From assembly GCF_009914755.1 (NCBI RefSeq), contig NC_060946.1: DNA of 64,000 nt; one strand, given 5' to 3'. Both the position numbers and the translations under genes were made by a program. The notes below the pieces were generated by a model that was given only the letters and a program-made list of their open reading frames with translations, made no database searches and was not told the origin of the DNA. Numbering within the stretch: position 1 is the first letter of the stretch; each line of letters begins with the position of its first letter. This DNA is from the human T2T-CHM13v2.0 reference genome, Homo sapiens. This document shows, piece by piece, positions 1-33,335 of this stretch.

Positions 1-841
<841 letters not shown>

Positions 842-1403
842 TCAAAAATAAATAATTTTTTTTAAAAATTCCAGAGGTCTTTCAAGTGAAACACAATATT
901 TTTTTCAAGCAGAAAACCTAAGTCCGAAGGAGGACTGATGCCCTCCTACCCACTTCTGGCCACCCTATCCCATACATTTACTTAGGGACTTATTTAGGGA
1001 CACGCAGAACATCCTCCTACACAGCTCAGTGCGTTTCCAGTCCCTGCAGCGCCCAGTAGCTAAGACTGGCTTCTCTATAAGTATTTTATAGATTGAACCT
1101 AAAGAATGGCAACGATTTCTAACATCTATAGAATTTTTACGAAGTCACTTCGCTCTGATATTGAAGAATACAACGCTGTTCTTCTTATCCTGTATGTTCA
1201 GGCCTGTTTCAGCTTGCAAGTAATACGGGAAGTGAACTTCACCTCGAGGATGATCTACTGAAAAGGAAGAGAGTCGCCCACACACTCCCCCTTCAGCTCA
1301 AAACTACAGACAAAGCGAAGCTCAGGAGACTCCGTTCGCACAAAACGCTTAAGATGGGATTCGAACCACCAAACACCCAACAGAAGTTCCCCATATGACT
1401 CAC

Positions 1404-1470
1404 CGCGTGAGCCCACCTGGAGCCGCACACTCTCCGCAGCCTCAGCCAGCAGAGTGGCGCTAAACCTGCA
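1404..1470 (-). other. CHEK2: CHEK2 non-coding exon 1 (5'UTR); gene runs off the left edge
   Basis: Minus strand reads GCAGGTTTAGCGCCACTCTGCTGGCTGAGG...GGGCTCACGCG, matching the remembered CHEK2 mRNA 5' end, then donor GTGAGT at 1403-1398; TSS approximate. Confidence 0.88.
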
Positions 1471-1730
1471 GATACAAACTCCACCCTCAGCCAATCAAAA
1501 CCCCCTCCCCTGCCGCTGGACCAATGAGGAGCAGCAGATGTGGCCGTCAGGCGCCGCCTCAATGCCTCCTGGGAGTTGTAGTTTAGAAGGGAGAGCGGAA
1601 CTTAGAACCCGGGTTCCCCTCGGGTGATCCCGCCCCCTCGACTCCCCAGCCAATCAGCAACATTAGTCTGGTTAGACGCTCTCTTTGCTTTTCCCCACGA
1701 GTGACCACGGCTAGATAGGCCGCCGGCCAG
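1470..1730. promoter_or_regulatory. Bidirectional CHEK2/HSCB promoter in a CpG island (~1280-2110)
   Basis: Head-to-head genes; CCAAT at 1491, 1521, 1650; ZNF143/THAP11-type AAACTACAACTCCCAGGAGGC on - strand (1564-1584); GC box ~1630; no TATA. Confidence 0.85.
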
Positions 1731-1966
1731 ATGTGGCGGGGGAGAGCCGGGGCTTTGCTCCGGGTGTGGGGGTTTTGGCCGACAGGGGTTCCCAGAAGGA
1801 GACCGCTAAGCTGCGATGCTGCGTCGCAGGCGGGAAGCAATTATCCCCGCTGTTGGAACTGCGGCGGCCCATGGGGCCCCGGGCGGGAGGACAGGTTCTT
1901 CTGCCCACAGTGCCGAGCGCTGCAGGCACCTGACCCCACTCGAGACTACTTCAGCCTTATGGACTG
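1731..1966 (+). CDS. HSCB: HSCB exon 1: mitochondrial presequence and CWNC...CPQC metal-binding motif (Fe-S co-chaperone HSC20)
   Basis: MWRGRAGALL...YFSLMD matches remembered HSCB; donor GT 1967; six exons total 708 nt = 235 aa + stop. Confidence 0.97.
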
Positions 1967-2679
1967 GTACGAGCGACGGTTTCGGGAAACGGGCCCGGGC
2001 GAGAGACACGTCGAGGTCTGGCCTGCGAGAGGGGAGGACGGATCTGGCTGGCGGAAGAGAAGGCGGGACTGATGGGGGGGCGGAGGTCTAGAGAGCAGGC
2101 GTGAGAGAAGTGTCTTGATTTCTCAGGAGGAAATTGAGAGGCGGGGACTGAGGGAAGCAACGTTGAGGTGTGGAGAAGGGAGACGAACGGGACTGGAGGG
2201 GCGGGCGCTGAAGTTAGAGGAAATAGGGGGGCCGAGGCTAGAGGGGAGGGAGATTTGAGGGGCGGTACCTACGGGAAAGGGAAGGAGAAGTCGAGGGGCG
2301 GAACTTGAGGAAAGGGTACTTGAGGGGCAGGGCCTGGGAGACTGGAAGACTTGAATGAATAGGGTGAGTAAGGTTTAAAGTTGGGTTGATGTATTTAAGA
2401 AAGGACTGCAGAAGTGTGATCCGAGATTAGGGAGTAAAGCATGAAAAGCTTAATATTGTGGGCGAGGCCTGAGGGAAAAGTGAGAATTGGAGGGAGAGGG
2501 TCCAATAAATGGTTTTTCCCCCTGAGACTGAGGTTCTTGGAGAGACGGGGCAGTGTGGATAGAGCTGAACTGGTAAGGAAATAGGACAGACTCTGGGAGT
2601 AGAATGTGAAAGGGGCTGAATTAAAATAAACCGGGAGAGACAGGGATGAAGGGACCTGGGCCGTGGAAAAGTTAGGGTG

Positions 2680-3113
2680 GTATTAAAGAAAACATGATTC
2701 AGTCACACTTGTTCAAGCACCAGAAAGACTTTCTTCAAGACCATCTTGTAGAGGGGCCACTGCAATAGGGTCTTGCAGTTGGGGAGAGAGATTGGTCTCA
2801 ACTCCAAAAAGGGCATGGGCAGAAGGAAATTTGTAGCCAAGGAGCAGAGTAAACGGGATTCTGGCTAAGCCGACCTAACGGGATTCTTGCTGAAGACAGG
2901 CCAGGCTGCTTAGACACCACCTGGGGGATAGTAGAGGATGAAGAATCTGATCAGAGATCTAGGATGATCAAAAATATGAGGATCGAGGATTCTAGCTAAA
3001 CTGACTTGGCAAGATTATTTGCCAAAACTGTATTTTACAAGAAAGCATACATCTGGGCCTAGGAGAAGGTTCAGAAATCTGACTAAAGTTTGGCCAGGCA
3101 AAGAATCTTTGTC
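2680..3113 (-). mobile_element. MER31-type LTR in HSCB intron 1
   Basis: Reverse complement starts GACAAAGATTCTTTGCCTGGCCAAACTTTAGTCAG...CCTTCTCCTAGGCCCAG, like the remembered MER31 5' end. Confidence 0.7.
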
Positions 3114-3516
3114 TGTGTAATTTAGGAATGTCCCTTTTCCTTAACTATGGGATCTTCCCCACCAGTCACTGAACATGTATGAGGGGCTACAGTAACGCTG
3201 ATCTTTAAGTTCCTCAGGCATCCCCATCTTGCTCCCACCTCGAGGTCCTTGCTCTTGCAATTCTACCTGGACGTCTCTTTCCTCTGATCTTTGATTACTC
3301 ATCATCATTCAGGTTTCAGCTGAGTGTCATCTCTTTGTCCACTACATCTGCTACACTCTCTGACTCTGTTCTGTGTCCCTTCATAGGACTTACCACTTTT
3401 TGAAATTAACTGCTTATATGTTATTGCATCTTCCCCATAAGAGCAAGAACCAGGCTCATGGTAGATAAACCTTTAAATATTTGTTGTATAAATTTAATCT
3501 CCCAATTTCCTTCCAG

Positions 3517-3613
3517 CAACCGTTCCTTCAGAGTTGATACAGCGAAGCTCCAGCACAGGTACCAGCAACTGCAGCGTCTTGTCCACCCAGATTTCTTCAG
3601 CCAGAGGTCTCAG
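3517..3613 (+). CDS. HSCB: HSCB exon 2 (J-domain, HPD motif)
   Basis: TTCCAG acceptor; NRSFRVDTAKLQHRYQQLQRLVHPDFFSQRSQ; GT 3614. Confidence 0.97.
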
Positions 3614-3837
3614 GTAGCTTATTGGCCAACCCCAATAATCCCCAAATATGTGTGCACACTGGGTGGCAGTAGCCTTGTGGTTATGTGATTATCAGGGACT
3701 GAGCTGGAAAATCAGCTGTGTCTGCCCCATGGCAGTCTGACCCCAGCCTGTCAGACCCAGAGCTGCCATTCACTCACAGCTTTTGTCTGACTTCCCAGAT
3801 AACTTAAAACCTATCAGCTGAATATAAAGACACCTCA

Positions 3838-4170
<333 letters not shown>

Positions 4171-4249
4171 TCAACGTCAAAACAAAAACAAAAACAAAAA
4201 AACTTTGTGATTTGGATGGTAATAGTACTATCTTCATCTCCACTAACAG

Positions 4250-4339
4250 ACTGAAAAGGACTTCTCAGAGAAGCATTCGACCCTGGTGAATGATGCCTAT
4301 AAGACCCTCCTGGCCCCCCTGAGCAGAGGACTGTACCTT
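4250..4339 (+). CDS. HSCB: HSCB exon 3
   Basis: AACAG acceptor; [30 protein letters not shown]; GTAAGG donor. Confidence 0.97.
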
Positions 4340-4966
4340 GTAAGGTGATTTCCCAACACTTCTGTGTATGACGTCCTGATGCCCATTATGGCGTAGGACA
4401 GCCACGTCCCCTTTATTCAGCAGAAGAGTGCTTGAGGTCAGGCATGGTGGCTCACACCTGTAATCCCAGCACTTTCAGAGGCTGAGGTGGTCAGATCACT
4501 TCAGCCCAGGAGTTCAAGACCATCCTGGGCAACATGATGACACCCCATTTCTACAAAAAATACAAAAATTAGCTGGGCATGTTGGCATACACCTGTAGTC
4601 CCAGCTACTCTGGAAGCTGAAGCAGGAGGATCACTTGAGCCTGAGAGGTCAAGGCTGCAGTGAGCTGTGATTGTACTACTGCACCCTCTCAAAAAAAAAA
4701 AAAAAAAAGTCCAGGGACCCAATAGTATTTAGCCTCAGAGCACAAGTATAATTTTCTCTGTGAATATTACTTGCCTCAACTGCATTTTTTAAATTGTGAT
4801 TTTCTAGCTTTTTTCTGTGAATTTCAAGGATTTGATGATGGTAGCTTTTAGTTAAGAGTCATTTTCTGTTTTGTTTTTTTTTCCTCTCTAGAGTATCTTA
4901 AGAGGCCAGGCATGGTGGCTCACGCCTGTAATCCCAGCACTTTGGGAGGCCGAGGCGGGTGGATCA

Positions 4967-5206
<240 letters not shown>

Positions 5207-5499
5207 CTAGAAAATTTTATAATTGAATAGAATCTTTACAAACATCTAGTTCAACCTCTGAGTGGAGGAATGACTACCCCAAGATCACACCAAGGTCACA
5301 TAGTTTTGGGTAGCATGAGTGGAAATCCCATTCCAGCATTTCTGTTTCAGTCCAAGCTTTTGATACCCCTTAGTCTTTCATTATCGGGACAGTTGCAGTT
5401 TTCTCTATTAGTGGTATTATTTCCTAATGGATGAGTAGGATTTACATTACTCTGCCCATAGCTTCTTCAACTTATTTTTCTTGCTTTCTACCCCAATAG

Positions 5500-5644
5500 C
5501 TAAAGCTCCATGGAATAGAGATTCCTGAAAGGACAGATTATGAAATGGACAGGCAATTCCTCATAGAAATAATGGAAATCAATGAAAAACTCGCAGAAGC
5601 TGAAAGTGAAGCTGCCATGAAAGAGATTGAATCCATTGTCAAAG
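5500..5644 (+). CDS. HSCB: HSCB exon 4
   Basis: AATAG acceptor; LKLHGIEIPERTDY...EIESIVK; GTGAAA donor. Confidence 0.97.
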
Positions 5645-5706
5645 GTGAAAGATAAAATAGCACTGAATGTATTTCATTGCTGTTATGAACACTTGTCCAA
5701 GGATTA

Positions 5707-7310
<1,604 letters not shown>

Positions 7311-7652
7311 AGAAAAGATTCCAAGGTTCTCCGTTAGACTATATTCAGTTATGTACTTTCACAAATATTTGTAGTGTACCTACAAATATCAAGCACTGTG
7401 CATGACACTGAGGATACAGCACGGAACAAGAAAGACTGTGCCTTCTTGGAGTTTATATATGTCAACTGTACCCAAAATGGAATTCCCAAGTGTCTCCCCT
7501 CCCCACCTTTCCCCCCCAAAAAAATCTGTCTTAGGCTGGGTGCAGTGGCTCACGCCTGTAATCCCAGCACTTTGGGAGGCCGAGGCAGGCAGATCACGAG
7601 GTCAGGAGATCAAGACCATCCTGGGTAACATGATGAAACCCTGTCTCTACTA

Positions 7653-7955
<303 letters not shown>

Positions 7956-7959
7956 TTAA

Positions 7960-8486
<527 letters not shown>

Positions 8487-8583
8487 TGACCAGGTGTGAT
8501 GGCTTACGCCTGTAATCCAAGCACTTTGGGAGGCCGAAGTGGAAGGATCACTTGAGCCCAGGAGTTCAAGACTAGCCTAGTCA

Positions 8584-8832
<249 letters not shown>

Positions 8833-9719
8833 TTACAGGGCCCGGATGCCGTGGCCTCTGCTTCTCTCTGTTTTGCCTTCTCCACTCCAGCCACAATGAC
8901 CACTTCCAGTTCCTCATCTATACTGGGCACCCTCCTACCCTAGGGCCTGTTGCTTCTGCCTGAAACCCTCCTCTCCTCCGCCCCATTTAAGTTAACCCCT
9001 CCTTCTTCAGATCTGAAGGCAATCATCACTTCCTCAGAGAAGCCTTTTTAAGCTATCTATTAGTAGTGGCTATTTCTTTTGTAGGACTAATCACAGTTAT
9101 AACTTTACTGTTCTATGTGACATTAATTGATCAATATCAGCCTCCCTCATTAGACTGGAAGTTCTGCAGGAGAAATCATGTCTACTTTTTGCTTCCCTCA
9201 CATCCTCAGCTCACAGAAAAGTACTTATAGTTTAAAAGGAACTTGGTATTTACTAAATGAGCAAACAGTAATGAGAAAAGATGTTTAAAGCAGTAATATA
9301 GAATTTGTGGTGAGGGGACCGTCAGCTTGGAGATATGTTCACAGCATTAGGACTGGGTTGTAGGGATAAGAGAAACTCAGGAGTTGCAGTCAGTGGGCTC
9401 AGCTGCCCAATTTTAGACGTCAGGGCAGCATGAAGATCTGGAGTGAGGGCAGCGTGCTACTGACTTTGCGTGACCTTGAACAAATGACTTCATTCCTCTG
9501 AGCCTCAATTTCCTCATCTGTACGTGGAGATAATATTAGTACTGGTGGTTGTGGGGATCAAGTTAAATGAGATAAAGCACGTAAAAGCATGTATTCTAGG
9601 CCAGGTTTGGTGTCTTATGCCTATAATCCCATTACTTTGGGAGGCTGAGATGGGCAGATTACCTGAGGTCAGGAGTTCAAGACCACCCTGACCAACATGG
9701 CAAAACCCTGTCTCTACTA

Positions 9720-9845
<126 letters not shown>

Positions 9846-10565
9846 CTACAGCCTGGGCAACAAGAGCGAAACTGTCTCAAAAAAAAAAAAAAAAAAAACA
9901 CTTATTCTAGCCCTATAGTAAACATTTGACTTTGAGCAGCTCACTGACCTTAATTTAGATTAATTCCTAAATTTTCTCCTGTAAGGTATCTGCTATGGCC
10001 CAGGTAAAATTAATGTTCAAGGGCATAGAGCTAGTTAATTTTAGGGTCAGGGCTTAAGAACCTCCAGGTTCCTAGTCTGTTGTTCTTTTGTGGACACCAC
10101 ACTGCTACCTGAGAGATGAGTTTCAAACACCGGACTGGGAGTCAAGTGACTTGGATTCTGTTCCCAGCTCTTCCACTCATCACCCATGGGACAATTCCCC
10201 CAATACCTGTCATTTCCTGCCTTACGGATATAATGTATTTGACAGTGCTTCGAAAGACGACACCATATAAATAACTGACACTATTTATATCTGGAAAATG
10301 AGATTACTGGAAAATTCCTCATTTTCTAACAAGGAAACGAGAAATATGAGATAGCTGCTGCTTTATTTTGTTTGGCATCTTCTCCCTTATGACACAACAT
10401 GATGTAAATGTTTTCATTTTCCTGAGAGGCTATACAGTTTGCAAGTGGTTGCCGGAAACACTCAGTAATGCTTTACTGATAGGTGTTCCCAGCATGTTAA
10501 TGTTCTCCTTGCTGAAATGTCGAAGACCCAAACTGTTTCGTGGAGATAATCAAAGTATATCTTTG

Positions 10566-10567
<2 letters not shown>

Positions 10568-10604
<37 letters not shown>
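10568..10604 (+). repeat. Pure T37 mononucleotide tract
   Basis: 37 consecutive T with no adjacent Alu body. Confidence 0.95.
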
Positions 10605-10607
<3 letters not shown>

Positions 10608-10875
10608 GATTCTATAGCCATTTTATAAGCCTTGGTGATTGCTCCTTAGACCTTTCATGGTTGGAAAAACAGTGTTATTAGGGTAAACCAGAGTTGTGCT
10701 AAACAGCAGCTGCCATCATGGTACACACAGAGACAAAGGTTATGAAGCCTTACCCTTGAATACAAACTTCCTCCTTTGTTGTGTTCAAACCAGCATGATT
10801 ACAAAGTTTAAGTATTGTCTTCATATTATGAGTCTATTTCAATGGAAAAATTAACAGAATGGTTTTCTTTTTCAG

Positions 10876-10923
10876 CTAAACAGAAAGAATTTACTGACAA
10901 TGTGAGCAGTGCTTTTGAACAAG
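10876..10923 (+). CDS. HSCB: HSCB exon 5
   Basis: TTTTTCAG acceptor; (A)KQKEFTDNVSSAFEQ; GTACTT donor. Confidence 0.96.
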
Positions 10924-11102
10924 GTACTTTCTTTTCTTCACTTTCTTAAATATGGAAAGAAATTTCAAGCACTGAAGCATAGCCATTCATTCAATAACTA
11001 GCTATTATATACCTTCCTATGATAGCTATATAGGGAGATATGAAATACTTATGAGTCTACATTTCTGTCTTTAAAAAAATGCCTTTAAGAATCTACATTT
11101 CT

Positions 11103-16425
<5,323 letters not shown>

Positions 16426-16711
16426 CTTCCACCACCCATTTATTACTTGGGACTGTCCTGAAGAGAATCAACTTCTCTAATTTATGTGAATCCTGTACAC
16501 ATGCTCTTACACAACTCTCGCCCCATTTGGTTTATCCCTGTGTCTCCTTAACAATCCAGATGTTCTCCCTCTTCGTTGCTCAGTCTTACTGAGGAATTGA
16601 TGAGCCCTCCAGACCCCAGGGCTCCACTTATATATCGCTGCCCTAGTCATCAGAGTTGGTTTTATTCTTGCTTGAAATGAAGCCTGACTTCAGTGTCTCT
16701 GTCTATTTCAG

Positions 16712-16803
16712 ATGACTTTGAAGAAGCCAAGGAAATTTTGACAAAGATGAGATACTTTTCAAATATAGAAGAAAAGATCAAGTTAAAGAAGATTCCCCTT
16801 TAA
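16712..16803 (+). CDS. HSCB: HSCB exon 6 to stop codon
   Basis: TTTCAG acceptor; (D)DFEEAKEILTKMRYFSNIEEKIKLKKIPL, TAA 16801-16803. Confidence 0.97.
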
Positions 16804-16817
16804 TTGTGGATAGTTTA

Positions 16818-17211
<394 letters not shown>

Positions 17212-17387
17212 TTAATTAAGCCTATGGCTCAAGCATTAGTGGATGGCAAAGTTTGTCATGTGGGAAGAAACACAGCCTAGTCAGAGCTTGGGTGGTCAGT
17301 TCTTCATCTGATACTTGATACAACATGACCCCAGTGTAGGCTAATGGTTGAAGAGGTGGAGATGGGGCCAATTTGAGGCCCTACAAA

Positions 17388-17921
17388 GAGGAATCCAAAA
17401 ACTTTTCTGCAAAGGGCCTGGTAGTGAATATTTTCAACTTTGTGGACTATATCAAGGGTCCCCAACCTGTTAGGAACTGGACCCCACAGCAGGAGGTGAG
17501 TGGCAAGTGAGCGAGCAAGCAAGCATTACCGCCTGAGCTCCGTTTCCTGTCAGATCCGCTATGGCCTTAGATTCTCAAAGGAACATGAACCCTATTGTGA
17601 ACTGCACATGTGAGGGTTCTAAGTTGCATGCTCCTTGTGAGAATCTAATGCCTGATGATCTGAAGTGGAATAGTTTCATCCCAAAACCATCCTCCAGCAC
17701 CGTCCCCATCCATGGAAAAACAGTCTTCCATGAAACCACTTCCTGGTGCCAAAAAGGCTGGGGACTGCTGGACTATGTGGTCTCTGTTGTAACTGCTGTT
17801 CTGCCATTGTGACACAAAATCAGCATAGACAATATGAAAACAAATGGACAGGGCTGTGTGCCAGTCAAACTTTACAAAACAGATGATGAGCCAGATTTGG
17901 CCATGGCTCTGCCAACCTCTG
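17388..17921. mobile_element. MER58A-like element interrupted by MER1B (17453-17770)
   Basis: MER1B ends CAAGGGTCCCCAACC / GGCTGGGGACTGCTG with 8-bp TSD GACTATAT / GACTATGT; flanks resemble MER58A. Confidence 0.8.
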
Positions 17922-18092
17922 CCCAAGAGCCACAACTTTCTAATGGCATGATCCTCCTCCCTAAGATAGGTAGTCCCCTTTGGTACTGTGGCCTTGGGGT
18001 ATTCAGTTTGCTAACAAGCAAGGCTGCCTAAGGGTCTCTTTGGTCTAAATTTCAAATTGTAGATAATATTATAAAGAATTAATCTGGTATTA

Positions 18093-20817
<2,725 letters not shown>

Positions 20818-20823
20818 TGCTGT

Positions 20824-28241
<7,418 letters not shown>

Positions 28242-28689
28242 TGGAAAAATATATATATATTTTTTTTTTCCCCTAAACCCCAGAGTCAACAAGACTATTT
28301 GGTAGCCAAGGCTGGAAAAAAGGATATTTTTTAAGGTAAGGAATGAGGTGGCCATTTGTAGAAATTGCCCAGGAGAGTATCTTTTATATCCAGTTAAGCA
28401 GGATTTTACTTTAAGAATGCAAAATTGAATTGTAAATGGCATTAAGAAAACTGAAACCCAATCCATTATCTTGGCAAAGGGGGTTCCTTAGTTTTCTCTT
28501 GCATCATCACAATGGCAATAGAGTTAGAGAGGAATGGGGAGAATCTGGAAGCATTTTGCAAGTAAAGTCCATAGAACTTGCTAACTGACTAGATATGGGT
28601 GTGAACAAAAGAGAGGCATTCATGGTGATGCCTTGGTTTTTGGTCAGAAAGAGAAAAGTATCTTCTGACAGAGGAAACTTCCTTGATAC

Positions 28690-29396
28690 TGGGAGGTGAA
28701 GCCAGCTGAGCTTCTGAGTCCAGTGAGGACTTGGAGAACTTTTGTGTCTAGCCAAAGGATTGTAAATGCACCAATCGGTGCTCTGTGTCTAGCTAAAGGA
28801 TTGTAAATGCACCAATCAGCACTCTGTAAAAACGCACCAATTAGCACTCTGTAAAATGGACCAATCAGCGCTCAGTAAAATGGACCAATCAGCACTCTGT
28901 AAAATGGACCAATCAGCAGGATGTGGGCAAGACCAAATAAGGGAATAAAAGCTGGCCACTTGAGACAGCAGCGCCAACCTGTTCGTGTTCCTTTTCACAC
29001 TGTAGGTTTGTTCTTTCACTGTTCACAGTAAATCTTGCTGCTGCCCACTCTGGGTTTGCACTGCCTTTATGAGCCATAACACCCACCGCGAGGATCTGCT
29101 GCTTCATTCCTGAAGTCAGCAAGATCACAAACGCACCTGGCAGAACAAACAACTCCGGACAGGCCACCTTTAAGAGCTGTAACACTCACTGTGAAGGTCT
29201 GCAGGTTCTCTCCTGAAGTCAGCAAGACCACGCACCCACCGGAAGGAAGAAACTCCGGACACATTTGAACATCTGAAGTAACAAACTGCAGACGCACCAT
29301 CTTTAAGAGCTGTAACACTCACCGCGAAGGTCCATGGCTTCGTTCTTGAAGTTGGGAAGACCAAGAACCAACCGGAAAGAATAAATTCCAGACACA
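28690..29396 (+). mobile_element. Solo LTR12-family (ERV9) LTR
   Basis: TG...CA termini; exact TSD ATAC (28686-28689 / 29397-29400); six CCAAT-containing U3 repeats; U5 repeats CCTGAAGTCAGCAAGA and TTTAAGAGCTGTAACACTCAC. Confidence 0.92.
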
Positions 29397-29400
29397 ATAC

Positions 29401-32045
<2,645 letters not shown>

Positions 32046-32159
32046 CTAGATGTTTAAATTCATGTACTCCGCACATCAACTCTATGATTATATGTACTAT
32101 TATTATCTCATTTTACTACTGTGGAAACTGAGATACGAAACTTGCGGAGTGAGGATTTG

Positions 32160-32970
32160 AACCTAGGTCATACTCTTGGCCAGCCAGAGACACCCTAAGC
32201 CCCAGCTAAGAGGTCGAGAAGCAGCCATTTTGCTTGTAGTCCGGAAGGACTGCAAATCCCGGCATCCCTCGCGGCAGCGGCCCTCTACACACAACAAATC
32301 CCGGCATGCCCCCGAGCGGCCTGAGGTGGAGGGTTCTAGAAGGCGTGACGTGGGGTCGAGAGCGGGATCCGAGGCTGGCGGGTTTCGGCAGTAGCTGTGG
32401 CTGCGGCTGCCGGGCCTGGGGACGCGGGCGGCCGAGGCCGCCGTCGCAGCCTCCTCGTCTCGCCGGCTATGGCTGCGCTCGGCCGGCCCTTCAGCGGCCT
32501 CCCTCTGAGCGGCGGCTCGGACTTCCTGCAGCCGCCGCAGCCGGCCTTCCCCGGCCGGGCCTTCCCGCCGGGGGCTGACGGCGCCGAGTTGGCCCCGCGG
32601 CCGGGACCTCGCGCAGTCCCTAGCAGTCCCGCTGGGAGTGCGGCGCGCGGACGGTGAGGAGCCCGTCGGGCGCAGGGCGCAGGGCGGGCGGGCAGGCTGG
32701 GCGCCCCTCGCGGCGGGCGCGGGCAGGGGCGCGGGCTCCGCGCCGGGGCTTTTTGACTCCCTCCCCACGGCCCTCCGCGGGAGCTTCGCAGCCCAGTTTA
32801 CAGATGAAGAAACTGATCCCCGGAGACGTTAACTGTAAGTCGCCGGGGGTCACATAGCCCAGGAGTCCGGTCCGAACCTCAGCTCGACTGCGGCCCGGAG
32901 AAGTGAGACTTTACCAGTTGGAACCTGGGCGACTCGGTCTGGGTGCCCCCTCGGCGCGGCCGCTGTTAGT
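32160..32970 (+). promoter_or_regulatory. CCDC117: CCDC117 CpG-island promoter and first-exon region
   Basis: High CpG; YY1-like GCCATTTT (32224); ETS CCGGAAG (32241); two ZNF143-like sites (32249-32267, 32291-32310); TGACGTGG (32346-32353). Confidence 0.85.
32469..32653 (+). CDS. CCDC117: CCDC117 exon 1 coding part
   Basis: MAALGRPFSGLPLSGG...SAARG; GTGAGG donor; five exons total 840 nt = 279 aa + stop. Confidence 0.93.
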
Positions 32971-33335
32971 GACAACTTTCAGTGTCTCATCTGCAAAGTA
33001 TGCCAAGCATGGGACAGAAATGGGTCCTCTTAGTGAGATTATTTAAATAAAGTGCTTAACACAGCGCCTGCCCCGAGGACGTTTCCCTGGTTTGGTCCTC
33101 CCTAATCTGTCTTCCATTACGTTGATAAAAGGACAAGTTGAGATTTCACTGTCCAGTTCTGTCGGGGCAATCCACCGTTACCCGACTGACCTGTGATTTG
33201 TACCCATCCCACTAGGCTCAGAAAGGGACGTTTGGTATGTGGGGATGAGCAAGATTATTGGAGCAAGAAAGAGGATACTGAAACCACAAGCTCGAGTACA
33301 TTTCTTAATTGACTGATTTTTGTTTGTTTCAACAG

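Noticed and set aside
3569-3575. CTGCAGC in HSCB exon 2 as a possible IRE1/RIDD site
   Set aside because: Flanking bases do not form the closing stem needed around the 7-nt loop
28740-29340. Regularly spaced direct repeats resembling a CRISPR-like or novel array
   Set aside because: These are internal U3/U5 repeats of LTR12; no unique spacers, and the DNA is human
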